DNA from: Lingula anatina
Lineage: Eukaryota > Animalia > Brachiopoda
Reading direction: 5' to 3'
Length of the DNA stretch: 64,000 nucleotides
Assembly: GCA_051362555.1 (NCBI GenBank)
Contig: CM120646.1
Location: 18,786,001-18,850,000 of the forward strand
In this document: positions 49,901 to 63,814 of the stretch, one piece after another
Numbering within the stretch: position 1 is the stretch's first letter
How the letters are laid out: each line of letters begins with the position of its first letter
Notes under the pieces: model-generated
Database searches by the model: none
What the model was told of the DNA's origin: nothing
Seen by the model: only the letters and a program-made list of their open reading frames with translations
Position numbers and translations under genes: made by a program

Positions 49901-52563
49901 TGTGATAAATTGGTTTTGTTGTCAGTAATTGCTGATGAAGACAATCTATACTAGAAACTCACTGTCAAATGCTTCATAGGGGTAGTTCTTGTCCAGTAGG
50001 AATAGTCTTGATGCCTGCGAAAATGAATAACTATATACATCAAATAGTAATGATATTCCCGTGATGTTCATATATTGCAAGATTGTGGAATGCTTGTGAT
50101 GAATAATATATTGAACTTCATTGTAACTAAGCTGTAGCCAGAACTCAAAATTCTCAAAAAGAATGCTAAGCCATTTCCATCATTTTTAAATTATTGAACA
50201 CGTATAAAACAAAGTTTTGTGCAACACAATGCTGCATGCTACATTAGGGATCATGGTGATTATTAAATTGCTTCAAAAGTGACTAAAGCTATTTTACCCA
50301 TGATGTATTGACCCTTCATTAAAGGACTTTGATCAAATGACTGATGACATTGTGAAGAGTGGAAATGTCATGGGTAAAAAACATGCTTAGTCTCTTTTGA
50401 AATGATAAAACTTTTTACCATCACTATATATCTGACAATGAAAAACTTTATCTCAAACAGGCCTGTAACAAGTAGGGGGTTCGAATGAACTGACCTTTTT
50501 GCTGGAAAAAGGTCAATATGGGTAAAATTTGATCCAGATACATGGAGGTTTTATGGTAAAAGGCCCACTTTTTCTGGAATAAAAAAAAAACTTTCAAATT
50601 CCTGTCTATCTGCCTGTCAAACAACATATACTATCCTTTGGCAGGGATAACTAGGAAAGGAACAAGTAGTATATTGTATACATACCATGCCACCACACCC
50701 CCATGCTTGGCTGGCTTCAGGAACAGCTGGTCATGCCAAAATCTGACTGCTGCATCAGGGTGACTTTCATCAATAAGTTGTGAGGCTGGGACCTATTATA
50801 GAAAACCTAAAACTGGTAAGTATGTCACTCAACTTATATTTTATAATGTGTCTAAAAGCTGAAAAGCCAGGACCTATTTTCTTTTATATAAAATCATTGA
50901 AATTGTAAATGAAATAACTGCTGTAGCTCTTATCCTTTATTCTAAATACCCACAAGTTACATGTGTAATTTCAAATGGGAATGTATCTCAACTCCTTTCA
51001 AAGTCTAATTTTGAAAAAAAAAATTAAGAAAAATTAAACGTTAAATTAAATCTATTTAGATAGATAGACAGGAATTTGAAATTTACCACAACTTGGGGCA
51101 GGAACAGCAGGTCATGTAGGTAATTGGTGAGTCTCCAGTGTCCCAAGGTATGAATCAACACATTGTTAGGGTCGGAACTCTGGTTGGAGTGGTATTCATA
51201 CAACATGGCATGGCCAGGATGGTGCTGATTGGGATCCTGTGGTGAAAACAGTATTCAAAGTAATTTTGGAACAAAATGATGGTTATTCAATTTTTCTTTC
51301 AATTAAGAGGTCCAAACAACCCACTTTGCAAACAATAATAAAAAAAGTAAAAATTTTTGTTAATATTTTTATTATTCAAACCAATGGGCAACCAATGTAC
51401 TAAGAGTCAAAAGACACATGCTCTCAGTCTTGCATACCATAAAATACTTGAAATCCTGAAGAATTTTGTCACACTGATCTTCTGTAAGAACAGGAACATT
51501 GAGAAGGAATCCATCTCGCCAATACTGGCTAACCTGCTCTGGTGTTAACTTGTAGCTGCTCCATTCTGCTTTATCCTAAAACAAAATATCACTGATCATT
51601 GATGTATTTCCCTTTGAATTTCAATAATATAATAATGTCAGTATTTATATATTTTATTACTAGTATTTAAACTACACAGTATTGGTAGTCTTTTCAATAA
51701 ATGCGCACCAATTAAACAGCTTATTATCGTCTATAACATGTTTTCTTCTATATAAAGATGTTCATTATAAAAATATTCTGGGTACAGTAAAAAATATGAT
51801 ATCTGTCAATCAATTTTACAAATACTGCAACACATTCGTGTTATTATTTACAAATATGTATTACCTTAACGGGTGGGAAGAGGTCTCCTGAAGGCTGGTG
51901 TAGTGTTGACCAGTCAGGGACACCAGGTTTAAAATCCCTGGGTTTCAATACAGCAGGTGCCGACATTGTCCACTGTGTTATTTCACACTGATATTAAAGC
52001 CCTGGATCACCCAAAAGCTTCCCATAAATGTAGGTCAAACTGCACAAGAAGTGGGGCACGAATCAAGGCCAGGGCAAACATATCTTGAACTAGGAGCAAT
52101 TTACATGAACGTCAGAAAGTGACGTTTTCTGGGACGGTGTTTGTTCATTCGTTTGGCAACAGCTGTGATAGCACAGTTCAGTACAGGCTGTATGTCTTAG
52201 CATACACTTATCTCCCATGATAACGCTTGTCTGTCTCTTATCTGGAAATGATGAGTTGTTCCTTAGAACCCGCAGAGAAAACTGTACATCCACCATTTTG
52301 AACTGTCACATGATATATCACGTGACAGTTTGGCTGTTTATTTTTCTTCCCTGTCTTCACCTTTTTACGTTTTTTCCTCATTATTTGAATATCCCTAATT
52401 TTTATTCCATTGTAATTTAATTTTGTATACAATTTGATACTCTTAATTGCATCGAACAATTTATTTGCTTTGAATAAGTTTGTTTCACTGTTTTGACTAC
52501 CCTATTGTCTCACCTGTATTCAGGGGGGGTGTATCGGAACAGCGGCGACTGAGCAGCTTCCAT
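46926..52563 (-). CDS. Phytanoyl-CoA dioxygenase (PhyH)-family Fe(II)/2-oxoglutarate dioxygenase, ~342 aa, 11 exons
   Basis: Exons 52563-52514, 51937-51865, 51575-51438, 51236-51087, 50792-50686, 50014-49963, 49334-49267, 48720-48654, 48246-48134, 47499-47349 and 46985-46926 are in phase (1029 nt). Motifs: [23 protein letters not shown] (HxD), [42 protein letters not shown] (distal His and 2OG-binding Arg). Confidence 0.9.
47572..47785. mobile_element. Harbinger-like MITE (TIR ~GGGCGTATTCCCAGACATTTAGATCGATC), copy 1
   Basis: Imperfect TIRs GACCCTATTCCCAGAGATTAGATCGATC / GATCGATCTAAATGTCTGGGAATACGCCC, flanked by TTA on both sides. Confidence 0.65.
49524..49763. mobile_element. Harbinger-like MITE, same family as 47572, copy 2
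   Basis: Long internal inverted repeat (CTCCCTGGGGAGTCTCACTAAATT..CCTGCTTAAATGTCT and its complement) with AGATCGATC-containing ends shared with the 47572 element. Confidence 0.65.
50458..50616. mobile_element. Degenerate MITE with CAGGC..GCCTG termini and 5-bp TSD (TCAAA)
   Basis: TCAAA|CAGGCCTGTAAC ... CTATCTGCCTG|TCAAA. Confidence 0.5.
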
Positions 52564-55500
52564 CTTGAAAACTTTGTTGATTGAAAGCTTCGTTGCTGAA
52601 ATCAGTGTTCTAAAGCAGGCTGCAGAGTGATGCTAAATAATTAAGAAGAAGGGATGGAAAAATTTTTGTAAGGTAGGATTTATATTCAATTCCAACATAA
52701 CTGCCCGATTTTCAATCGCATTCTAACTGAGTTAAGATTTAAACTTAGTCGCCGACTAAACGCACGCCATGATCAAACAAACGGCCCGACTCAAGTACAG
52801 TGCTTTGATATGTGACTTTGGACGGTGCGTCGTTTCATTAAGATTTCCACTTTTAAGACAGATAATTGTGGGTGTATTTGTGCTCAAATTCGGAAGGCCA
52901 ATTCCCTAGTGGTTTAAGAAGAGGCCTAATTTGGAGAAGTGATTTGTAGTAATTGATTATCGGCTGGAAAAGGGCCAGGCTGTAATGTAGCATGTCTAGA
53001 TGGGATCAGACAAGTTAATAGCGTAAATTTGCTCTCGATGGGACACTGGGCGGCATTAGTGTATGTGGCTTTTACCTTAACAGTAGCCTGTAAACAAACT
53101 TGGAGCAAAAATGCCTATAGTTCATGTTGAAATATGAGTAAACGTTCAGTTACGCTTGGGACCCTGAAACATTTCTATGGATTCTAGATTACAAATTACA
53201 GATTTGAATCGAAAGTAAAAAAAAAAGGGGGGGGGGATTAAATTTGATTTGATTATTTTGCTGGGCACATTTAGGAAGACACTGACTTTTTGTAGCTATT
53301 TGAAATATTATGAGAGATAAAGTTTACATTCAAGTACTAGTAAATCTCACAATGAAAGTCTGTTTGAAGGCCCCCTTAGCATTGTCACCAAGTGTTTATT
53401 ACTCCCACCCCCACCAGATGTGAACAAGTTTACCTGGCAGTGTTCTCTTTGATGGTTACAGTAGACTGTGTTCACTTTGTTATGTTATGTCACCTGTGGT
53501 AGGCAGATGCTCCCAGGGGACACCTTGCTGTCTCTGCCCCAGGGCCTCTGTGTGACAAACTAGATGTCAACCATATCATTATCTTGTCATATTTATCTTA
53601 GTTTGGGATTGTGTCCTGGTTGGGGATGGTTTGAAGTTGTTTATCAAGAAAACATGGTGAAATTATAGGCCCAGAAGTACTTTTTATAGAAATTTTTTGA
53701 CATTAAATATTTTTGTAATACAAAAAGAAATGTTTGTGCAAGTTGGAATTGAGCCCGTCATCCTGTGCTGTTACAGTATTCTGCTCCCTGCGTACTGTCA
53801 TATAGATTAACTAACATTATTGTAGTTCAATTGAGACATTTTGTGTCACGTTGTCATTACTGAAACCTGATCTCAGTGTGAACTATTGAATCTAAACCTG
53901 GGTTTCCACTAGCAAGGTTTCCATTAGAATGTTCTCACATGGGACTATTACAAGACAAATTTATAGTCCAGCTGGTATGGCTTCACTTGGCAATCTGCTG
54001 TCCATGTATGTGTTAAATTTATATGTGTTTCTGGTCACCAAGTACATCATGCAATAGAATTACAGTGGCAGTTTGAAGGATAGCATCAGCACACTATTGT
54101 ATGTTTCCTTGATGTAGCAGAGGGTGCATGATACCAGTTCACAGCTATCCAGTATGCAGCAATTTAGTTAATGCATTTTAAATGTTTTTAATTATACTCT
54201 AATATAGCGGTTTGCTTTTGTTCTTACTTTCATGATTATGTGAAGTGACTCATTTGAGCTATTTTTTTTAGTTTAAGGTGATCAGTTTGTGAACAGGCTT
54301 CTATATTCCTCCATTTATCTGCACAGGCTTTTCCTGCCTCAGATTAAGACATCTGCGATTTACATGTCTGGGGCAATGTAATTACTAGTAATGTAGTTAT
54401 CACACTAATTATACACTGCACTTATCATTATGATTGTCTTTTTATTGTCAAAATCTTAAAGAGAACATCTTGCTTTTTCCCTGCCCTGCCCCGATACAAT
54501 ACAACGTTATTTTGAGATGTACCCCCACCCCCACCCCACTGTGTTTTACTGGGATTGGCCCCTTGTATTCAGCACAATGGTGTGGTACAGGGTGTGTTAA
54601 GTGAGCTCACTTTGGCATGGATTTTGGGTTTGCCAGGTAATTGAAAATGTTATAAATTCAAATTTAAAAAAAATTAGTAAAAATAGTGATAACTTGTGAT
54701 AGTCAGCTCAGAACTGATTTCCATTTCTCATAGCTATAGGGTAAAATATCTTTAGCATTTGACTAAATAATCTTCATAATGGCCTGGGCTAAGGGTTGTT
54801 TAAAGAAAAATGACTTGGATCAAGACAGCAAGGTGCAGAACAAATAAACCACAGTTATAATTGAACGCTGTCATAGGCAAGATAGTTGTGGTTTCCTCAG
54901 ACAAGAAAGATTTCCCTTCCAACAATGAATTGTTGCTTTGTAATTTATTGTGGACACATTCAAGAAAGTCCCTCATTTTTCTCACAAAAAATGTTGATCG
55001 AACCACTGTTTGATTAAACAAAAGAGCTCTATTCCATGTCTAGGTAGGTTTTTGAGCGTCAGATAATTGAAGTGTATTTTCGAGCATTGAATGGAGGAAC
55101 CTGGCATGGTTCTGTTAGCAGTTTTTTTCTCACATTTTTACATTAAACAATATCATCTGCATGCCATATGAGTCAAGTAAAGAAGGTAAGTTACCACACT
55201 GCTGAACTCGAACAAGATCCAAAGGTGGTTAAGTGAAAACCTCCTTTCCCAAAAGTAAAAAAACAAAATTATATTACAACAAGCCAGTGTCTCTACCTTT
55301 AAAAGTGATACAGACTGATAGCCTAGAGTGGCTTGGTTGACATGTAAAAGTGTAGGGGAATATTATGTTACCTAAGCATGAAGTGTGCTGTAGACAGATC
55401 TCTCATATTGACTAGGTTGACATAGAGAAGCACAGAGGAATATTATGTTACCCTGACTCACCATTCAACATTTGTTTACAGACCTGAAAAAAGGGGGAAA

Positions 55501-58500
55501 AACTTACCTGGCAAGATTGGTGAAGTAAAGATAGGAGGTAGGATTTATGTGTCCTCAGTTATAGTACTAACTTCAGTATTTCTCACTTTTGAATTTACAA
55601 ATACTTGGATATGAAGAACATATTGTGGCCAAGTATACCAATGCTGTGGTCATTATGTACTCTACACAAGTGAAGAACTGAAGTTGAGACTAACTTACAA
55701 GTATATGTAATTCTACAGTGGCATTATTGAAAGTAAAAAGGTAACATTATCAGGCGTATGCAAAATGATTGCTTGAATGTGTAGTGAATCTGTCACTTTT
55801 TAAATTTTTGTACGGTAAAAAGATTGTTTTGTGAAATTGCAATGCTTTATACATGGCCTGAATCAATTGGAGCTTTCCATCCAGCCTTGTTTTCAAATTT
55901 AAATCCTTAAATGGCACAGGTTTTTAAACAAGTCAGTTTAATAGCAGGCAAAATAGTGAGTTAAATGGGAAATAATGGCAATGCGTTCATTAATCAGTCA
56001 TCATGCCAGAAAGGATTCACACAGTGGTAGAAGATTGATGGCTCTTAATGATCATTACCATCAAGTTTCATCTCTGCACAGTTGAGAGAAGAATTTCATT
56101 ATGGGACATATGCAGCTATGTTTTTTTATATGAAAAATACTTTTTTCTTATGCACTGGTTCTCCTAAACCAAATTCAAAGGACTGTTCAGACAAGGTGTG
56201 TCCTTACTGAGTCATTTTAGAAGACCAGCTATAGTTGTCACAGAGATGTTCATACTGTAGTAACAATTGTTAGCCGATGAAAAATACACGAAACTAGTTG
56301 AAATGATTTCAGTAAAGATTTTGTTGTCAGTTGTACAATGGGAGATATGGTCTTAGTTAGATTCATTACCTGTTCAAGTTGCAGCTTGTCTTAATGGGCC
56401 TTTCATTGGGTATGAGACAGTATGGTTTATGAAATGGGTGAATTTTTGTTTAAACTCCATGGAGCTCAGTAGACAAATTGTATAATGTCAGGCAACAAAT
56501 TACATAAACAATACAAGAAAAACTGCACCCTGACTACAACTAATGAATTATGTTGAATGGAAAGGTAGATGTTTTGTTGCACATTATATCATGTCATTGT
56601 TTTTTTGAATGATGGTTCTGAAGACTATTTATTTCTTTAACATTTGGTGGTAATTTTCATTCATTAGACTGTTGAGACAGTTAAGCTGAAAGTAGAGGCA
56701 TCGGAGCACAGAATTATTCAACTTCCTTTAACAACCACCACTGTAAGGCAGAAAATGTGGAAATATATACTGCTACCCACGTAACCAGACATGACATCCT
56801 ACCAAACTTTCAGCTGGTTCAGTTTATGGCCTTGTTAGACTTATTAGACGTTCTCACAGGGGCTAAGAAACCCCTTAGTAGTTTTGTCTGGCTGGTAAGT
56901 TTTTAGGTTTCTTGACATAATTGGTCAAATAGGTGATGTACGGATATCTTTAGTTTTCATGTAGGCTGAACCAGTTCAGTTTTCATGTTTTGTCCCTGGA
57001 TGACTGAGATAATATCTAAACTGCAGTCCTTTTTAGGCTTCAGGGGGGCTGTGGCTACTGTTATCTGAGTTTAGCATCAAAAGTTATGGTAAAATAAGCT
57101 CCTAACTGTACCTCTTTACTGCCACCCAGTGATGTTATCAACAAATATAGTGGGTTTATTTGATAATTGTTATATGCTTATAAAAAAAATACTCAGCACC
57201 CAGAATGATGCCAGATAAATTGGAATAATAAGAATTCTGGAATTTTGGAAGGGTTTTAATTCATGAAGTATAGAAAAGGATAGATGCAAATATCATCAGA
57301 TCCATTGAAGTAGATTCAAGTTTTAGCTCCCATTAAAGGTTGAAAGCCCTTGGATCTGTGCTTATTAAGTATGTTTTTCTTCACTTAATAACTACCCACT
57401 ATTAATAGATATATGCCAGGGGTCCTTGTTAAAGATGACTTTAATGGACATCATGAGAGTAAAATTTAATAGCACTGAATTGCAAAGAAAAAGTAGTGCT
57501 AGTAGAGAGACTTGGAGAGGCATCCTAGTCTTTCCTTTTCTCACACAAATTCATCAGGGCCAAAGAGACAAAAATTTCTAACTATACCTACTAAATATTA
57601 GAAACATACTGATTCCATGGCATGCTTTTATTGTAAGCAGCCATACTATTACTTAAAAAATCATAGGTCATGTAGTATAACTTGCATAGAATTAACTCTG
57701 TTTAATTGCATTGGCACACATCTTCAATCAGTATAAATCTGCAGAGCAGATTTGTTCCATGTGCGCTATCCAGAAAGCAATTAAAATGTGCACTTATTTC
57801 CCTGACTCTTTGTAGAGGGGAGACCAAATGGCATCTGTAGCCAGATGTGTCTCTTTGCTTAGTGACCAGCGCTTACTATCAGGTCAATAAAATGGCCAAG
57901 CTGTAGTGTAGTGAACAGCTCCACGAACATCATGATGGAGAGAGCTCAGTAGGTCAACTTTGTTGGCACTCAGTGACTGCATGCGAGCAATCTCTGATGA
58001 TCATGTTGCGACAAGAAATATACCAATTATCAAACAGAATAAAAATTTTAATGTTTTTTTTTTTTTTTTTTTTTTTTCGGGGGGGGGGGGGAATAATTTT
58101 GTGATGAATTTTAATGAGATGAGAGAGAGAGAATATTCAGAGGAGTATGAACAATGTTTGTTTAGCCTAGTGTTCTACTGCTTATGATCACACAGATTAG
58201 TAAGGCTTCAACATCACATGTAAGACTTCATCAACCTAGTGAGAGATTCAAGAGCCCCTATATCTCACTGTCTAGATTTAATAGGTGGGACTGTGGCCTT
58301 TCATGAACATGTGCTTCCATGTGTCATAATGAATTAACACCAGGTGGCATTTAGAGTGGAAAATGAAAAAAAAAAACTGTGATATAAACAAGATTGGTAA
58401 GGGTATTGGGAAGATGAAGTGGATGTATTTTTTTTTTAATTATGCAAGTCTTGGTTACTTGCACACCAGTTTCCTAAACAGCACACTATTATTGGCCAGA

Positions 58501-58774
58501 CATTGGAACAGTTGGCAGCAGGCTGGCAGTGGCTTTCCTACAGTTGGCCAAGCATTGAGTTCTTAGAACTGTCAGAAATCCAACATTAGCATGGCATTGG
58601 CCCACTGACTGTGGTTGGGTTAGGGACCCATGCTGGCCCTGCATGGGGGTGGTTGGCTTACCAATGCTGGGCCAATGATGTCTGGGTTGTCATTTCTTGT
58701 AACCTGTAACGTGTAGTTTGCTTTGAGTCCACAGTTAAACTTAGGTCAAGTGCTATTGTTGTTGAGGAAACCTG

Positions 58775-58883
<109 letters not shown>

Positions 58884-61604
58884 TCACATTGCCATAGTGG
58901 GAAAGACTTTCACATTTTATATCATGTTTCTTTAACAGTTTTCTCATGGTCCAATATCAGCTGACCCTTAGATAACCCTAGAGTTTCATCTTCAGGTTAG
59001 AAAATGTTTAGAAGTATTTAGAAATACAAAGGGCTGAATTGAGAAACCACAGTGCACCTGAAGGCTGGAATAAACAAATAGAACTTCAAGTCATTATTCG
59101 TACAAATTTAAATGGGACTGCTTTGTAACAGTCGCAGGTTAAATGTCCCAATATGTGTACAGTACACGCCAACACACCTCTTGGCTAGCCTGTTGGAAAT
59201 ACAAAAAAAAAAAAAGATGGATTCATACACCCACTAGTTTGAGTTTAAAACTCTTAAGTCAAAATAAAATATATTTACCATAGTTTAGTTGACTACATGA
59301 GGAGCTGTGAGAAATATTTATTGTACGATGGTTTATAGAGAAACCTGTGAACTTATTAGAAAGATATCTACATTTGGGTGAATTGAAATTGTTGGTGAAT
59401 TAAGCTGGAAATTTGGTAACATTTTTGCAATGGAGCAATTTAATTTAAAACATGTCTGAACGCAATATATCACACCTCCAGGGCTTTTTGGCGAACAAAG
59501 TAAATGAAAAAAAAAATAAGTGTCAATCAAAAATACATTTCAAAGCTGAAATATTTTATTTAATCATAAAATTTGTCATTAATGTCCTCAAAATTGTTTC
59601 AAGTAAAGTGCCAGGTGCAAGGACAGCCAGAGGTGGTCATGAAAGCTACTGTCCCTCTAGCCATGTACACTCAGCAATTCTGACTGAAAATTTTCCTTTT
59701 TAGTTGAGATTTTGTGGTTATGCTGAATGTTCTTAGGAATTTTGGTTTATCTCATGTAGGAAAAGGTTTAGGTTCAGTGCATGCAAGATTTTTATGTCTG
59801 TATTTATATCTGGAATTTGTTTGTTTTGGCATTTTATAAAAAATTAAGTAAAAGTTTTTAATCCAATGAGAGAAGCATGATTTGTAGAAAACAATACATC
59901 TGGAACTGTGGCTATACCAACCTCAAATTGATCATTGTATTTGTCATCTTTGTGCCTAAGCTTGATTTAGAATTGATTATTAGTGAAGTGCATATATATG
60001 AAAACAATACCTTAGGTTTTAACATAGGGGTGACTCATGTGGGTCATGCTAAAATTAAGCTTGCTTTGATGGGTGTTTGTCCACAATATCAACATTATGA
60101 AAGAATGCAATTAATGCAGGGAGCATCATGCAGTATCTCTGTCACTGCATGTGGTAATTTCCCCATAAGTTCAAGCAAAACTGATATATTTAACTGTTTC
60201 TCATAACATTGTTTTGCTAGTTTTGCCTAAAAAGATGGGAAATGGCACCTTGTTTTGAAAGACATAATTAGCCAATAGAAAATTTAAAAAGGTTTTCTGT
60301 TTCAATGCATTAGAACTGTTGCACATGACTCAAGTCTGGAAATAACTGTCATTTGTGTGTTTGTAAGAAAGTACCTCCTTTAGAATAACTAAAAAGGTTT
60401 AAATCTTGATAAAATATTTGTATGAAATTTGAATTTTTGTAGTGTTTGGAATTTGTGAGAACTGAATTAATCAATTTATCATTGAAATAAATCAAATTGG
60501 ATTCTCTTTATCTTTATTGTTTTTCAACATTGCCAAGTAATACATTTTCTTATTATTTTCCAATAGAGATAATATTTTCTAATTTGAACAAATCCTAATC
60601 TTTGTCTCTGTGCACCAGGCATAAATAGGGACTGTTAATGTACTGTTTAAAGAGAGAAAGGTTAATCTTTGGATTGTGCTAAGCTACGCTGAAATGTTAA
60701 TGCCACATTATCGGGCACACTCAGTGACTAATCGACTTGGTTTCCAACTAAATTATTTGCTTGGGAAAAAGCATTTTGAAAGGTTCTTACAGTATTTTCT
60801 CAACAGCTTTTCTGATTTTGATTTAGATTAAAAAATAGGTGGCACTCATACAAGCAAAAGCAAGGGTATGTAAAACCTGGCTACAGCTGATTACAATATA
60901 CAGTTCAGTTCAGAGTGAAACTATTAAAGGCATCCATACTGCTGCAGTGTGGTGGATTATTTAGGATTTGGCGGGATTAAAAGATGGAAAATGATGTTTG
61001 CCTCCATTCACCTTTGCATAAAAATTTGCTAAATAAACGAGGAAGTTGCTGTCTATCATTCTACCTCTCTTTCCTCCCTTCCCACTTCGCCTCAGATTTG
61101 GTTATTGTATTGCAGTGATATGCATTCTTAACTGAAATAGAGAGAACAACTTCTTTTGTACTATGTAGTATGCCAGTGCCTTGCCCTTGGATGTAGATAT
61201 ACTTTTCCTTTTGCAAGAACAAGTTCCACAGGTCACATGTAGGTTTTATATATATTTTTCAATACAAAGCACCTTGATTTAACCCTCGTATCAATGTATT
61301 GTCTTGTTGTGCACATATTTTAGATAGCTGTGTGGACGAATTTCTCTGTGATCTGCTTGTACCATAGACTTACCTGCTAGGGAAGCCTTTGATGTACTGT
61401 TAACAAAGCAGTTAATGCAGGTGAAGTCAAAAAAAGCCAGAGGCCACATTAAGACTCTCAGTGCATTTTATCTCAGTAGTAAATGTACACAAATGTTATT
61501 TTTATTTGAAATATCAAAGTATTTTGATACTTGGTATTAAAAAAGTATTATGTAATGCATGAATTGGCTGTCTACCACAGGACTTCAATTTTCAAACAGA
61601 CTAA

Positions 61605-61851
61605 GGCTTCGTTCACATGCAATGTCTATTTTCTAAATTCTATTTTCTATTTGCGGTATGTCTTATCATCACGGTCTGTGGCCTGAATATCCCGCGGCGT
61701 AATTACTGGCAGCGCGAGCCAGTTACTATAAGTAACTGGCTCGCGCTGCCAGTAATTACGCGGCGGGATATTCAGGGCACAGACCGTGATCATAAGATAG
61801 CGCAAATAGAAAATAGAAATTAGAAAATAGACATTGCATGTGAACGAAGCC
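61605..61851. mobile_element. Fully palindromic (foldback) PIF/Harbinger-type MITE, 247 bp, TAA TSD
   Basis: TAA|GGCTTCGTTCACATGCAATGTCT...AGACATTGCATGTGAACGAAGCC|TAA. The ~120-bp arms pair around a central TATAA. Confidence 0.9.
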
Positions 61852-63728
61852 TAAAACATCCTTCTCTCTTTGTTCAATCTAGAAAAACTTTACACATTGT
61901 TAGATGTGTAAATTTCATTTCTCTGTGTACTCTTAGACTGATTGTCAGTTTGTTAGCAAATATAAAACATTGTACAAGTAGAGATTCCAATTAACAGTAC
62001 AAAGGGAAGCCCATCCATTTGGACGGCAAACCCCTAAGGCTTAATTACTGATTAAACATCCAGGTAAGCTTAGATGAGGATCAATATTCTCAGTCATGGC
62101 TCAGTTCACACAGGGGACTAACTTGGACTGACTGGAGAGTGTCGGTTTACCTTGCCAACCAGTGGATAAAATTGATCAACAAAGATTATTGAAATCAGAG
62201 GTAGGATGAGGATGGATATGTTTTATATGTGTGGGTGCCACATAAATAATTCTGGTCAGTCAAATGTTATGCTTCAAAGCTAAAATGTTTACCGTCTTTT
62301 TAGAAATGATTTGCTGTTTTACCACTATTAAGTAAAAGATTATGAAAACCCAATTTCAGCATAAGATAGACCTTTATAAATTTCCTTTTACGCTCTCCAA
62401 ATGTGCAGGACAAGTGATCATGGAATTTCCGTTGTATTTTCATTCATGCGCACATGATTCGTCTTTTAAGAGAGCAAATGTATCCATCAATTCCAGCATG
62501 TTTCCATGGCATCTCAAGGTATTACTAATAGTTTGATATCATCTGTCTCAATGTGCCTCATAAAAATCACTTTCATCAAATTATCTCTAATGCTGTCTTA
62601 GAACTGATCAATACTCCACATATAACACTAATCTCCAGATTAATACAAGTTGGGATGTTTACACTGTGCTGAAAATAAGATGAGGCCAAATATTGACTAG
62701 GGATGGATTCTAGGTATTCTCTGGAAGCTTCTGAGATTTTAACAAAATGAAAAAGGAAAGATATCAGGCCACAAAAGGGACACTGTGATATTCTTTCATC
62801 TTCATAAAGAATGAAATTTATTGAATGTTTTTCCCTGTGCAAAAATCTATTGATTTACAGTCATGTTTTGGGACAAATTACAGCAAAAAGATGAATCAGA
62901 CATATGCATTGCTGTATATGGTCAAATGTTGTCTTTTTATCCATAGTATCACTAATCAGTCACTAAGAATAAAAAGACAGTTTTGCTTTGATGGGATACA
63001 AAAGTCAGACAGTAACTTTATTTCCTAGTGGCTGATATGTATTCACTCATTCAGTCTTTCAATTAAGATGCTGTATAGCTTCAGAATTTAAATTCGATGC
63101 ATGAATTTAAGTGGAAAATGTATCATTGAGATCAGAATTGGCATGGAAAATTGAGACATTAATTTTTTGTGTTGGTTGTTGCTCTGTAGACGGGCATTTA
63201 TCTTTGGGGAATAATTTAGACAAATTGATCTGAGTCTCCCTAGTTGATCCAAATGTGGTTTTGTGCTCAGGGACCGGATGCAAGGTTATGAAAAATTAGT
63301 GAATACCATTTGTCAGTATTTTTTTTTTCTTCTTGAACATCTCCCCCCCCCCCCCCCCCATCCCTCCACCACTGAATTTTTTTAAATCTCTGTATAGCCC
63401 ACAAAAGAAGCGTAAGAAATGTAACATGTCCACCTCATCTTTAACTGTTACTTAAAAGTAAAATTATAGCAATATCAACATCAATGGCAGAGCAAAGATA
63501 TAGTGAGGAAATATTTCAGTGAAATGACCCATATCAGTGTTTAAGTACAGTGTCAGGCATATTGATGTTTTACAAGTGTTTGGCCTGTCTTATTGTACTA
63601 CTAGCATGGAGTCTAGTCACATTATCAGGTGCAGTCCAGGTGGTCAGGTGTTCCATTCATTATGGCCCAGTGAAGTTGTATGTAACTGTTGCTCATGTTC
63701 CTAAGCCCTGCCACTGAAGTCTGTGCTT

Positions 63729-63814
63729 TGTGCTACAAAAATCAGTAAGAGATTGTCTCTCTACTTTTCAGTGTGCTACAAAAATCAGTGAGAGATTGTC
63801 TCTCTACTTTTCAG
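63729..63814. repeat. 43-bp direct tandem duplication
   Basis: TGTGCTACAAAAATCAGT(A/G)AGAGATTGTCTCTCTACTTTTCAG occurs twice. Confidence 0.9.
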
